Shown here in pieces: positions 1 to 13,989 of a stretch of DNA of 64,000 bases (positions within the stretch are counted from its first letter, which is position 1; each line of letters begins with the position of its first letter). The notes under the pieces were generated by a model. That model made no database searches. It saw only the letters and a program-made list of their open reading frames with translations, and had not been told where the DNA came from. The stretch is taken from contig CM022672.1 of NCBI GenBank assembly GCA_012295275.1, positions 18,228,001 to 18,292,000 on the forward strand, written 5' to 3'. The DNA is from Chrysomallon squamiferum. Its lineage: Eukaryota > Animalia > Mollusca. Position numbers and translations under genes: made by a program.

Positions 1-175
1 ATAAAAAAAAACATCCTTGTATCTGATATAGTAATGAAATATAAACATACACGCACTCAAATATATACAAACATAGGTTGCATATATACGAACATGCAAC
101 TATGCACATAGTCATTATTATACAATTTTACATATAGACACATATATACATACATAAATTACATACATACATACA

Positions 176-214
<39 letters not shown>

Positions 215-784
215 TGTTCCTGTTGTTGTCTTCACTCTCGACTGTATAGAAAAAGAAAAAAAAAAGACAATTCTGAAATTATTTTACTTTTAGTATTCTT
301 AGCCAAATTAACCAAACTCTGCCAGTATATGACAGTTTTCATTCAGTTTTATATCAGAAAACAGAAAATAGAGCACTGTGGAATATTTATACTTTTTCCA
401 TATCTATTAGAGAAAAATAATACCTCGTTACAAAAGATTAAGTAAGATGTCCAACATATATTTTTTCCTTTGAGACGAATATAACCTCCTTTTTTTTTTT
501 GCATGTGTTCGGAAGATCTAATGATAGATATAATTATTATTTTTATTATTATTATTATTATTGTTATTGTCAGAAGGAGAGGGTGTACACAACTGTGTTT
601 AGAAAGAAGATATATATATAAATATTTAATTATTCGAGTATTCAAGAATAAATATTTAAATATTTAGTGAACAGAAATGGAGAAAAATACATACAAATAT
701 TCGTTGGCGTTTGTTTTTTATTATAAAGCTAAGCAAAGAATATATTTTAGAATATTCGTTTAATTTTCAAGAATTTAAATTATT

Positions 785-834
785 TATCTATTTATCTATA
801 TATCTATCTCTCTCTCTCTATCTATCTATCTATA

Positions 835-871
<37 letters not shown>

Positions 872-959
872 CTCTATCGTTTGTTTTGCTGTATTTGTAT
901 GTAAGCAAATTTGTTTGTTTTAGAATAAAATGTTTTGTGTGTGTGTGTATAAATATCTA

Positions 960-1032
<73 letters not shown>

Positions 1033-1125
1033 GTCTGTCTGTTTGTCTGTCTACCTACCTACCTATCTATCCATCTATCTCTCTATATACCTATCTGTCT
1101 GTCTGTGTGTCTGTCTTTCTGTCTG

Positions 1126-1172
<47 letters not shown>

Positions 1173-1190
1173 GTCTGTCTGTCTGTTAGT
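785..1190 (+). repeat. (TATC)n/(TGTC)n compound microsatellite
   Basis: Direct reading; it explains the YLSIYLSI ORFs. Confidence 0.95.
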
Positions 1191-2564
1191 TTATCTTTCT
1201 ATCACTATATCTCTGTCTGATTGTGTTTGCTTTCTGTCTATAGATCTTTACATTTTCACATTGATCTTTCCGTCTACTTTCTTTCTATAAGCAAGGCTAC
1301 CTGCAAGTTTAACAGTCTGTCCATCTACATAGCCACCCGCACATTCATTCATCCACACGCACGCACGCACACACGCACACACACACACAAACAGAAAGAC
1401 ACACAAAGACACACAAAGGCATATATCTACATACGTACAGCAATTTTTTTCAATCTATCCATTACCCTTTTTTCCTTTCTTTCTTTCTTTCTTTCTTGAT
1501 CTTTTCATATCATGGCAGGGTGTCGTGTGAATGGAAAAAACATATTGGGGTCTTTTGCTATGGCTCTTTACCAAGAATGTCACGGATTTTGGAAAGTCAC
1601 CACTCGTTAGAAAGACAGGAGATATATACACAACCATTGTTACACTGGAAGCGAAACGTATGGAGACGATTCCAAAAATACGAAGGGAATTATTTCGCAT
1701 TCATCGAATAGTAATAGGTAATGTTTCATTCTGAATGAAATGACTGGTAAATGATGCGTGCTGCACGATTTCGTACATCTGGGAATTATTATAATGTGAA
1801 ACATTAACAGTGTGTGTGTGTGTGTGTGTGTGTGAAAAACGTAACACACGTAAGAAAGCATTGATAAAAGTGGGACAGCTTTGTTATAAAGTGAAATAAA
1901 ATTTTAAATAAATTAAAGATGTAGTGATAATAATGATGATAATAATAATATTGATGATAATGATCTTTATGATGATAATAATAATAATAATAATGATGAT
2001 AGCAACAACAACAATAATAGTAATAACAACAACAATAATAGTAACAACAACAACAACAACAATAATAATTACAACAAAAATAACAAGGAAAACCCGAATA
2101 ACTTTGGTTTTTACAAAAATATCTGAAATTTATCGTAAATTGTTAACGAAAAAAAATAATAAGAACAATAATAATAAAAAAGGAGAGAGAAGAAAAAAAA
2201 ATATTACGTTATGAGGAAATAGGAATTAATATTGGCAAACATTATAAAAATGACAAATCGATAGCGACAAGAGATAATTGTCCCTAGACAAGAGATAATT
2301 TTATTCAGATCATCATTCTTCATCAACACTGTCATCACACTGTGATCATAACGATAATCACAAATAAAAAGATATTCAGATAATGAATCTTATAATTTCC
2401 AAGCAATCTTTTATTCTTTAAGATATTCGTAAAGTATTCGTAAATATTAACATCACTGGCAAACTGCTTCAGACAAAACTCTAACACCTTCTTTTCTTTT
2501 TCTTTTTTAACTACTTATTCTTCGTATTGTTCTTGTTTTCAACTCTTGTTTTTGTCCTTATTCT

Positions 2565-2570
2565 ACAACA

Positions 2571-2601
<31 letters not shown>

Positions 2602-2901
2602 TACTTCTACTGCTATTAATACTTTTATTCCTGTTATTACTACTAGTACTACTATCCCACTAATACTACATCCATTGCTTTTACCACTACTTCTACTACT
2701 ACTACTACTACTACTAGTACTAGCACTACTACTGCTGCTATCATCACCACTACTACAAGTATTACTAATACTGCTACTACTACTATTACTATCACCACTA
2801 CTACCACCACCACCAACAACAACACCACCACCACCAACAACAACAACAATAATAATAATAATAACAATAACAACAACAACAACAACAACAACAACAATAA
2901 T
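2565..2901 (+). repeat. Compound trinucleotide microsatellite (AAC/ACT/ACC/AAT)
   Basis: Direct reading; it explains the poly-T/L/V/C ORFs. Confidence 0.9.
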
Positions 2902-3839
2902 GCTTTAAAAAAATATATATATATCCTTCGAAAAAATTCCTAAAAGAACACGAAAAAAAAAAAATATATATAATAAAAAATTTAAGACTAAGACAAATAT
3001 TTCCGCCAGTAAAAAAAAATAAAAAAATAAATGCGACGTGTACAGAGCGGTGAACGGCGGTTGCGAAAAACATGAAGATAATGGCGGTCGCGTGGTCGCA
3101 TTTACGCAGATGAGTTACGACTGAACTGAAGGAGCGGAGATAGCGAGTGGTCCGGACTGCCAGAGAGTTAATTAGCAAGCTGGTACCAGAGCATCCTTCC
3201 ATGTAGATTCGACGCCCGGATGACGCCGAAGGCTGGGCTGGTTTTGACAGTACAGCGGCACGAAAGTTCCAGCATAAACTTTGTTTTTGTTTTTTTTGTG
3301 TGTGTGTTTTTTTGTGTGTGTGGCAGACTTAAGTGTCTTTTTTTGTTTTTTTTAACTTTTTTTTTTTTTTTTTTTTGTTAACTGGAAAGTTTTAGAAAGA
3401 AAAAGGGGTTTATTATTCTGTTTGGCTTGATTTTATTCGATTTTGCGTTTATATGTATGTGTGTGTTAGTGTATGTGTGTGCGTGTGTGTGTGTTTGTGT
3501 ACGTGCGTTGTGCGTTTAACTCTGGGTGTTTTGTTGTGTATGTTTTATGCGTGCGTCTGTTTACGAATGATCTCAGGAGATTTCTTTTTATATAACCTTA
3601 ATAATTTGTCTCAAATGTTCTTAACCATTTTCCCAATCCAGCAAGGGTTTCAGATATATTTATATACAAGTTGTTTCGTTTCTTTTAGTCAGACTTTGGA
3701 AGATAATAAAATATAAAATACAAAACTCAATACAGACAAAAAATTCACATGCGCAGAAACTTTGTGCATATGTTTACGTGCATCTGCTTTAACAATTAGT
3801 AATTAAATAAAGTATTAAATTGTATATTTAAGCATTTGC

Positions 3840-3875
<36 letters not shown>

Positions 3876-4243
3876 TAACCTTGAATAATTCTACTTTCTT
3901 CTTCTCTATCCTTTTTCTTTTGTTCCCTTTTAAAGCAACAAAACAAAAGAAAAAAAAAAAAATACAAGACAAAAACAAAAACAAAAAATAACAACAAACA
4001 AACAAACATAAATTTAAAAAAAAAAAAAAAAAAAAACACTTTCTCGATTACATTCGCGTCTACACGACTGCATCGTCTGCCACGCATGTGCACGACGCTT
4101 TGTACGCATGATTTCCGGTTCGGACCACGCCTGACAAGACCGATTTAGCAGACGATATCCGTTGATGACGTTTGACAGTTCACTCTCGTACTTTCTGACG
4201 CTGACACTATCTGGTGAAAGTCAATAGTCAACCGTACACATAC

Positions 4244-4320
4244 CTCCGACGTGGAATCCTGCACACCGATCTCTGCGAACATTTTTGTCACGCCCGAAAT
4301 AGTAATGAATATGAAAATGT
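4244..4320 (-). other. Candidate 77-nt exon of an unidentified minus-strand gene continuing off the left edge
   Basis: Acceptor ctctctttctatgtgtcgcag and donor GAG/GTATGT. Contains AAAAATG (4282) opening MFAEIGVQDSTSE. Lies in a CpG-rich island. Confidence 0.4.
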
Positions 4321-4358
4321 CTGCGACACATAGAAAGAGAGTCGTCTTTTCTTTCCTG

Positions 4359-4400
<42 letters not shown>

Positions 4401-4544
4401 ATGAGAAGATTGTTATGGAATTCACTGGAATATATAAACATATGTTTGTGTATGTGTGTGTGTGTGTGTGTGTGTTTGTGTGTGTGTGTTTGTGTTGAGG
4501 AAAACACAGAGGATGATTATGATGATGATGAAGAAGATAATAAC

Positions 4545-4586
<42 letters not shown>

Positions 4587-5683
4587 GAACACTTGTTGTT
4601 GTAGTGGTAAAGTATAATATTTAGTAGAAGCCTGTAGAAATATTAATAAATGAAGAATTCTTTTAAAAATACCGCCATTAATAGTTTAAAAGAACAATAT
4701 ACAACAGAAACATTTTCACACACACACACGCACACACACAACCATGCTTATACACACACATATATTTACAAAGTATAAAATAGTAACAGGTATGTATGTA
4801 TGTACTTGAAACTGTTAAATAGAACACATTAACACGAGCAGTCGACACGTGGATGTTTACACACAGACTCTTGGCAAAACAAGCGCAGCTCCCACTGTCT
4901 GTACACTGCTGCTTTTATTTACACTCTGAAGACGGATGAAGCTGTAATTCATATTGACAAGATAGTCACAACACTTAGCAAAGAAACGCGTAGGTCCTTT
5001 TGCATTTTTTTTTTTTTTTTTTTCCTTTCTTTAATTTCTTCGTTCCCAGTGCAATATATATTTATATATTTATTTATTTATTTATTTATTTATTTATTGA
5101 ACAATAGAGTAACCTGGATGAGATTTGTAATTTGTAAAAGTTTAACGTTCTATTCAGATTCTATAACGTTCTTGTTTTGTTTCTTTTGACTACTTGTTTT
5201 AATTGGTGTGTTGATTTCATTTATCTGTCTTGTCTTTGTCCTGTGTGCTGTTTTTCTGTTCGTACGTAATTGTAAGAAAAAAAATAAAAATAAAAATAAA
5301 AATGAAGAAGAAAAGTATGGAAAAGATAAAGCTTAAGAAAAAATATCCTCTTTCTGTTTCTGATAGACTAATCATATCATGAATAAAGAAAGAACAAAAT
5401 AAAATCAGGTTTCGTTCATTTAAAAACATCTAAATCTGAATTTTAACGTTATTACAAGTTTTACTTTAAAAATTATATAGGCTATATATATAAAATAATT
5501 TAAATAAAATTTGTTATAACATAACTTTTACTAATAATACTTTTATTACAACTTTCTTTCACTTAAAAATCAAAACAAAACAACAACAAAAACAAAAACC
5601 CAACAACCATACAACTTATTACAAATATCTCTGACTTAAACAGTCCACATTTCAATTCATTCAAACCATTATTACAACCATTT

Positions 5684-5714
<31 letters not shown>

Positions 5715-6437
5715 AACACCCCTAAATCCGAAATTACTCAAGTTCTCAAAAAAATCAGCACACACACACACACACAAGACAACGACAACAACGACAACGT
5801 CCACAACGACGACGACGCACGAAGCGACTCGGGGCATCGTGGAAGGAAGCGGCAGCACCTCGTAAACCCGTCCTCGGAGCCACGTTTCTGCGTTGACGGT
5901 GACCACGCGCCCCGAGTACGGCTGATTCTCCGGTGAAGCAGAACGCAGATACAACACGAGAGATAGCAGTCTTCACTCGGCGGGCAAGCTTTTCAAAACA
6001 ATAAAGACCAATTAGTGGCATATGGACGATCTCAAAGACTCTATTATGCGATTGCGCAGCTATCGTTATCTGCGGCAGAAGACTTTCTGACAAAAGACGT
6101 CGGTGAAATAATGCGATCTAAGGCGAACCGTCCGCCATAATCTTCGAAAATACGAAACGATGTCTCAGCGCCTTTTTCTGTTATTTAATTTTTTTATTTG
6201 TTTTGTTTATTTACATTATTTCATCAGTCGAATTATAATATATATATATATTTTTAATTTATGTATGTTATATAATTATTATTATGTCAAATCGTGTTTA
6301 TTTTTAATGGTAAGATTTAGTTAGTTGTTTTTTTCTTTCTTTCATTTTAAAGTCTTTTATAGCCCAAAACACTGTTGCTTTTAAAAAATGTATTTTGTTA
6401 ATTTTCATGCATTATTAATTCTTTGTTGTCTTCTATG

Positions 6438-6444
<7 letters not shown>

Positions 6445-6530
<86 letters not shown>

Positions 6531-6590
6531 GTATATGTATATGTACATGTACATGTGTATATGTGTGCATATATATATATATATATATAC
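6445..6590 (+). repeat. (TA)n/(TG)n microsatellite
   Basis: Direct reading. Confidence 0.9.
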
Positions 6591-7165
6591 ACGTATATAC
6601 ATATGTGTTTGCACAAATACATAATATATAAATATATTATAGTAAATATATTTTTCTTCATTCATTTAATATATTTTGCTTCTACTCTTTCATACTTTTT
6701 TCTTTCTAATTGTTAATGTTATATAATGATATAATAAATAAATTAATTCTTGTGTTTCCAGTAAAACATAGACTGAAACATTTCAGTTCTTCTATTGAGA
6801 TACTTTTAAAATATATCTTAAGATTTTTTCTTTATTCCTTTATATTTAATGTTTTAAACTTACGAAGCAATCTTTAAATCTTCTAAGTCTCTGCCATTTA
6901 TTTTAATTATATATTTTCTTTATCATCTTTTTACATTCCTTATTTAAAGCCCCCTCACAAAAAATGTATTCTCTCTGTTATTAATCATTTTATGAAATGC
7001 AATGAATATTAATTTAATAATTTAGGAAAATACATTTGAAGAAATTTTTTTTCTCGAATATTGCAGTATAATCAGATGAAAAAGAAATAAACAAAAAAAC
7101 AACAACAACAACAATAATAATAATAATAATTATTATTATTATCATCATTATTATAAATAAATATA

Positions 7166-7208
<43 letters not shown>

Positions 7209-9002
7209 AGAAATAAAAAAGAAATAAAAAGAAATATATACTTAAGTGCAAAAGAAGACAAACATCAAGAATATTTTAAGATAAATTAAAACCTGTGAAT
7301 TATTAAACTTCTCCGCATGGCAGTTTTGAATTATAACAAGATATATTTTCACGATCTTATCAAGTAAATTAAATAAAATAAAAATCAAAAACTTTATTGT
7401 ATTTCCTATTATATATATATATACACACATACATACATACATACATACATACATATCTATATAGAAACGAGCAATGAAATGGACATGTTAAATGCAAATT
7501 TAACGGAAATATAAATAAAAGAAAAAAAAAGGAGACATTACGAGGAAAAATAAAATATAAAAATTTTAATAGACAATAATCATATCTTCAACATAATAAT
7601 AATAATCATAATAAAATTTAAAAATAAAATAATAATAAAATAAAATAAAAAATATAAGAAAGAAAAATAAATAAATAAAAAGAATAGATAAAGATAAAAA
7701 AGATACACTATTTAAATGTACATTATTTAAACAGCTAATTTAAAAAAATCATTTAAAAGCTCCAGTGTCTCTTCGATATATTAGATACATAAATAATCGA
7801 GAGTAAGGAAGAAAAAAAATAAGAAAGAAAGAAACGGACGGAACAAGGAAGAAAGTTTTAAAATACATCCCAAAGTTTGTTGAAATGTTAAGTAATTTAA
7901 AACAGCTTCAAGTTTAATAATGCCAAAATAAATAAAATGAAAAATCGAAAGATTGGAAAACGGTAAGAGTAAATGAAATAAAATGAAATAAATGAAAAGG
8001 AAGAAAATATTGAAAATGGGGGGGGAGAACAAAAAAACCCCTAATAAATGAAAGAAAATAGTACATATTTATTAAAAATTTAATTATTTATTTATTTATT
8101 TTTTGTAGTAAGCTCATAAGCAAATAAATAAATAAAAAACTGAATAAGAAATAAACAAAATAAACAAAATTGATAAACTAAGAAAGAAAGAAACAATAAG
8201 TAAGTAAGTAAATAAATAAATAAAGAATGAAATATTTAAATAAATAAATATCTTTAAGAATAAAAGAAGAAAAGAAGTAAAACTGAATAAAATTTAGTTA
8301 AAATAAAAATCTTCTGTTATATTTAAATACTTAAAAAAAAAAAAATTATTTAACAAATTAAGGAAGAATTAAATACAAAAAACAAAGAGGTAAAAAGAAA
8401 AATAACGAAAGAAATTATCTAAAGTTACAAGCAAATCCTAACTCTTCATGAGAATATTAAATATATGTATAGTTATTTCTCACATGAAAATTGATAAAAG
8501 AATGATGAAAGAAACTAAAATATATGATTAAAGTTAAACAAATAGATGTTATTTCCTCGAAGGTACATTAAATACAATGTATATAAACATCATTATATAA
8601 AAATGAATGAAATAATGAGATAAAAACAAGTAATAATTTATAACAGACTTATTAAATACATTGAGTAATCCTCATAAAAATGAATAAAAAATAATAAATA
8701 ATAAAAAAAAAAATAAAAAAAAGTAAAAGAAAGAAAAACAAATAGAAAGGTAAAAAAAAAAAATTAGACTGAAAACAAATCCTAATTCCTCACAAACATT
8801 TTATATATATATACCATTTTTATTTTTTTTTACTTTGAAGGAATGAATAAATAAATAATTATAGATTTAAAAACAAAAAATAAATAATAAAATAAAATAA
8901 AATAAACAGCCAAACAAACAAACAAACAAAACAAAACAAAACAAAACAAAATAATTAAATAAGACAAGATAAAAACGAAAGACGACCCAGACAAAAAAAA
9001 TC

Positions 9003-9043
<41 letters not shown>

Positions 9044-9228
9044 TTTTCTTCATTTCTTCTTCTTCTTCTTCTTTTTCTTTTTTTTTTTGAATTAAGTAAA
9101 AGCAAGTCCTAACGCCTCATAGACACTTTAAGTTTATAAATATACGGTACAGACAACTTCAAGTGGTTGCATCTATTACGGCTGCCAAGGATTAAAACGC
9201 AAGCCATATCTTAACCGTTGGCACTTAC

Positions 9229-9322
9229 CGTTTTCAAAGACTGAGAGCGGCACACGCCACACAGCACTCACCCGGGCCACTTGAGCAGTAATAATATTAA
9301 AACAAGCAAGTAAACTTTCCAT
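9229..9322 (-). other. Candidate first exon of an unidentified minus-strand gene
   Basis: ATG at 9322 is open to a phase-1 donor ACG/GTAAGT (MESLLACFNIITAQVARVSAVWRVPLSVFEN). A second donor CGG/GTGAGT lies about 43 nt upstream. Confidence 0.3.
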
Positions 9323-9506
9323 GTAAATTCATATAAACTGTTTAGTTTCTCGTTTGTTGATAGGCGACGGTTTCGAGTCAACCAGAATAAATATCGTGTT
9401 TTAATGTGTATATGTCTTGTATTTGTGTAGATGTATACATAAACACACACATACACACATACACACGTATATATATATATATACACACACGTATAATATA
9501 TACATG

Positions 9507-9537
<31 letters not shown>

Positions 9538-10402
9538 GTATTATATATTTTATATATATATTATACATGTATGCATGGTTTACTTTTATTTATTTATAGT
9601 GCAGTTAAAATCACAAGCAAAGAAAGAAAGAAATAACTGAAAAAGAAACAGACAAAATAAACAACATTAATCAACTAAAAAAGAAACAAATGAAGAATAA
9701 ATATGTAAATAAGTAAGTAAGTAAAGAAATAAAGAAATAAAACAAGACAAACAACTACATACACACGTATGTATAATTGTGTGTTTGAATTGTTACTAAT
9801 ATTACAGTATTTTATGTAAACAACGTACAGTGTTATAAATAAAATTACACTACTTTAAAAGATTCATTTTACTAAACGAACGTGCTGTCGAAAATAATTA
9901 CAGTAAAATTTGTTGATGTGAAAAGAACGAAGTTAAAAGCAGCAGCAGTAGTAATAATAGTAGTAGCTGTAGTAATAGTAGTTATAGTAGTAGCAAAAAC
10001 TAGCACTTGCAGTTGTAGTAATACTAGTAATAATAATAGTAGTAGTTGCACTAGTAATTGTAGTAATAATAGTTGTAGCAGTAGCACTAAAACTTGCACT
10101 AGTAGTTGTAATAATAGTAGTAGTTGTAGTAATAGTAGTATTAGCAGTAAAACTAGTACTAATAGTAGTAGTACTAATAATTTTTTCGTTTACTGTGCTA
10201 TTTTTATAAAATGATTATTATCTCACCCTCGAATTTGATAATAAACGTGCTAAACTGTTTTAATGTATAAATTAACTTCCGATATATACGCACGTGTATA
10301 TATACACACAAACATACATTCATATAAACATGCAGGCATATATGTATGTGAGTGTATACACGCTTGCACATATAAACAATAAACAAACGATTAGTATCAT
10401 CA

Positions 10403-10444
<42 letters not shown>

Positions 10445-10750
10445 CTCAGATTAATTCTTCGTGACAAAATTCAGCTCGGTCTGCAGAAATAATTAGTCTG
10501 GCAATTTCAGTGGTTACTCACTGACGGACGGTTTAGCGATGAATTCAACCAGAAATTCCTCAGCGCGAGGCTATAACGTTATATACTGAGTTAGGCAAAG
10601 TAAACAGTCCCAGCGCGCGCTAGTCTAAACATTAGCTAATGTTAATTAATACGTAATGACTGCAGACAGTAAATTACGTGATGAACTATTAGAAATTCTT
10701 CAGCCGGGTTTTTCTTCGCCGTCATGTGAACGAGCGGGTAAAGGAATCAT

Positions 10751-10790
<40 letters not shown>

Positions 10791-12765
10791 CTGTTGTGTG
10801 GTTATTTGGTTTACTTTTATTTATTTATTTAGTTAGTTAGTTATTTGTTTATTGTGCAGTAATTATATAAGCGAAAATAAAAAAATAAATAAATAAATAA
10901 AATAAAAATAAAAATAAACAAAAAAGGAAGAAATAATTGAAAACGAAATAAAATAAACTAAATTTATAAACTAAGAAAGAAAGAAAGAAACAGTAAGTAA
11001 GAAACTAAGTCAGTAAGTAAGTAAGTAAGTAAATAAATAAATAAAACACGGCAAATAAATAAATATTAAGTAAAAAACCCTAAAAAAATCCACGTGTATA
11101 TATATATATATATACGTACTTACATGTAGGAACACATATAAATATGCATGCCACACAAACTTTCATGCATACATTTACACACAAAACACATGCTTACACA
11201 CACACACACACACATATATATACATATTTACATACGTACATACATAACAATATTCATACATAAAAAATAAAAATAAATTATTTCAACAGAATGGGATAAG
11301 CGTAAACTCGGCAGATCTTGCGAAACTTGTATTCATAATCAGAGAGAAACATAATTAAAATTTATAAAGCATCTTTCGAATGAAAGTCAGTGTTAATATT
11401 TGGAGAATTTAAGTGAGATAAAATTTTATAATTACTTTTATTGTCTACTTCTTCTTTTACATTCTTTCTGTTATCTATTATTATTAAGATGACGCTATCT
11501 AATTTTAAATAACGCAGCAAAAATGATTATTATAACCATATATCATGTACATCTACCAGAATTTATTTTACTTTCTTTGCCATGAAGATTACAACAGTAT
11601 CTACTATTAATATGATCAAAGATCCTTATTAATAGTTCTTCTATTAATAGCACCAGCAATTTCTGTAGTAGTTTAAATGATAGTAGTAGTAGTAGTACTG
11701 TTAGTAGCTGAGGACGAACAATAATTGTCTTAGTGATAGGATAGCGATAGTGACAGTTCAAGTAGTAACAGTAGTAACAGAACTGTGATAGTAGTTTCAG
11801 TAGTAGAAGTGGTAGTAATAGTATTAATAGTAGTTGTAGTAGTAATAGCAAGAAGCTGTAGTGTTAGTAGATATCGCATGAGGTGATGCTAATGAAAAAT
11901 GACCGAGGTGCTTCCATTTTTAAACACTATTTTCCTTGTATTATTTTACTTTAACTATGATGTTATAAATATATGATGTTATATGTGAAACAGTGAAACC
12001 ATCACCAAGTATTAATATCTACAATTACAAAGATCTCAGTTTCAGGTGGGTTTTCTTTCTCGTAACGTTACACACCAGATACAGACATTTTCCAAACAAC
12101 GACTTTGCATTCACACGAAACGGCATTCTAACTCTCCCAGCCAAATCTTAAATCTGCGTCCTTTGATTCTGTCCCACTGTGATTAAATCTGGTCCCCCAT
12201 CCCCAGACTTGATGGTAGTAGTAGTATATATATATCTGTGTCATACTTGCCTACTCTGACCTAAGCGGAAAAAAAAAAAAAAAAAAAATGTTAAAAACGA
12301 AAAGCCATTGAATCGGGGCCGAGATCCAACCATTCTCATCAGAAACACAGCATGCAGGATCATGTGTTGTCGAAGATCAAAACAGGCCGGATTTTTGTGG
12401 AACTTTACTCACCAGAAATAATGCCACGCATGTGTACACACACTCTCTTTATATATTCCGAGCTTGGTCTCATTCCGAGGCAAGACGATTCAGTGAATGA
12501 TGTCGAGATCTTGGTAACTTGCCTCTCTGAGAACCGAAGAACGTTTGAAAAGTCTCGTCCAGATGCAAAGCCAAGAAGAATGTTTTTCAGTGGCGCTTTA
12601 TGGCAATTAGTTATGACAACAATTTACACGGGAGAACGACTTGTTAATAACGTATCTTTACAAAAGTGTTGTTCTGTAAAAACTGGTTTCGCACAATTGC
12701 TACAGTATAATACATCTATATTTACCATGTTTAACTTCGGCTACAGTCTGTGTGAATTAATATAT

Positions 12766-12815
<50 letters not shown>

Positions 12816-13015
12816 GTGTTGTTTTGTGTGTGTCTCTGTGTGTGTAATTAATTAGTACGAGTAATTAACAGCGTTCTTATTAAAATAAGATATGAATCCT
12901 AGAATAAACAAAAAATAGATCAAATAAATAATGTGTAAATGATTGGTTTAAAATTGTTGTGATGGATATCGTATGCATATCATTAGTCATATGAAAACAT
13001 GGTCAGTTAACTGTA

Positions 13016-13066
<51 letters not shown>

Positions 13067-13955
13067 AATAACTGTATTCATACCGAAAGAAAGAATTTGG
13101 GCTTTTATAAAGAGGTTGATATCAAAGCAGATTTAAGAAATAAGTAAATAAAAACAAACAAAGAAACAAAAGCACGAACACCAACAACAACGTTGATAAA
13201 AATGAATAAAGAAATAAAGAACCAGGAGTAAAATTTACCAGTACGCGAAACGTTTATGACGTCATAATATTATGACGTTAAACAAAAGATGTTAATTAAA
13301 AGAACAATCGCGTGTTGGGCGTGTTTATTATATTTGAATTGTGGAGCGGGTATAATATTCCACACAGGAAAATCATTTTAATGTACGATTTTATTTATTA
13401 ATGGCAAATAGTGGGAGAAATTCTAAGCTGATACCCAATTACTAGCGTGACAGAAAGATTTCTGTTAACGTTTTTAAAGTTTTAAGATTAAAGCCTACAA
13501 ACTTAATTCTTTATTATCGACGAAGGTGACGATAGTTAAAATATTTCACAGGAATATAAGGAAATTTCCCTAGCGTGGTTTTGACGAGTGGTCTAGAATA
13601 AAATTACAACTCAGTCGTCATCAGCTACAGCAGATTTAACATTTACAACAACGATGATGATCACGATGATCGAATGATTTAAAAGAATGGCAAGTAAAAC
13701 TTTTGAAGTTATTATATACATGTATGTGTGTATGTATGTATTATGTATATGTGTATGTGTATAGTGTGCATGTATGTATGTGTGTATGTATGTATATAAT
13801 TAAGAATTAAAAAATAACCCATCGGAACAGGAATTTGTTTTTATTATTAAAAATATAATCTTTTTCTAATTTTATCTCTAGGGATTTGAGTTGTCTTAAA
13901 GTAGACCATTGAAATGTTTATTACAGTGTGCTTTGGTCCTTTGACTATCTATCTA

Positions 13956-13989
<34 letters not shown>

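Noticed and set aside
12352-12855. 167-aa ORF, and similar ORFs at 24664-25119 and 23559-23852
   Set aside because: No recognisable motifs or convincing exon boundaries; they coincide with GC-richer islands where stop codons are naturally rarer.
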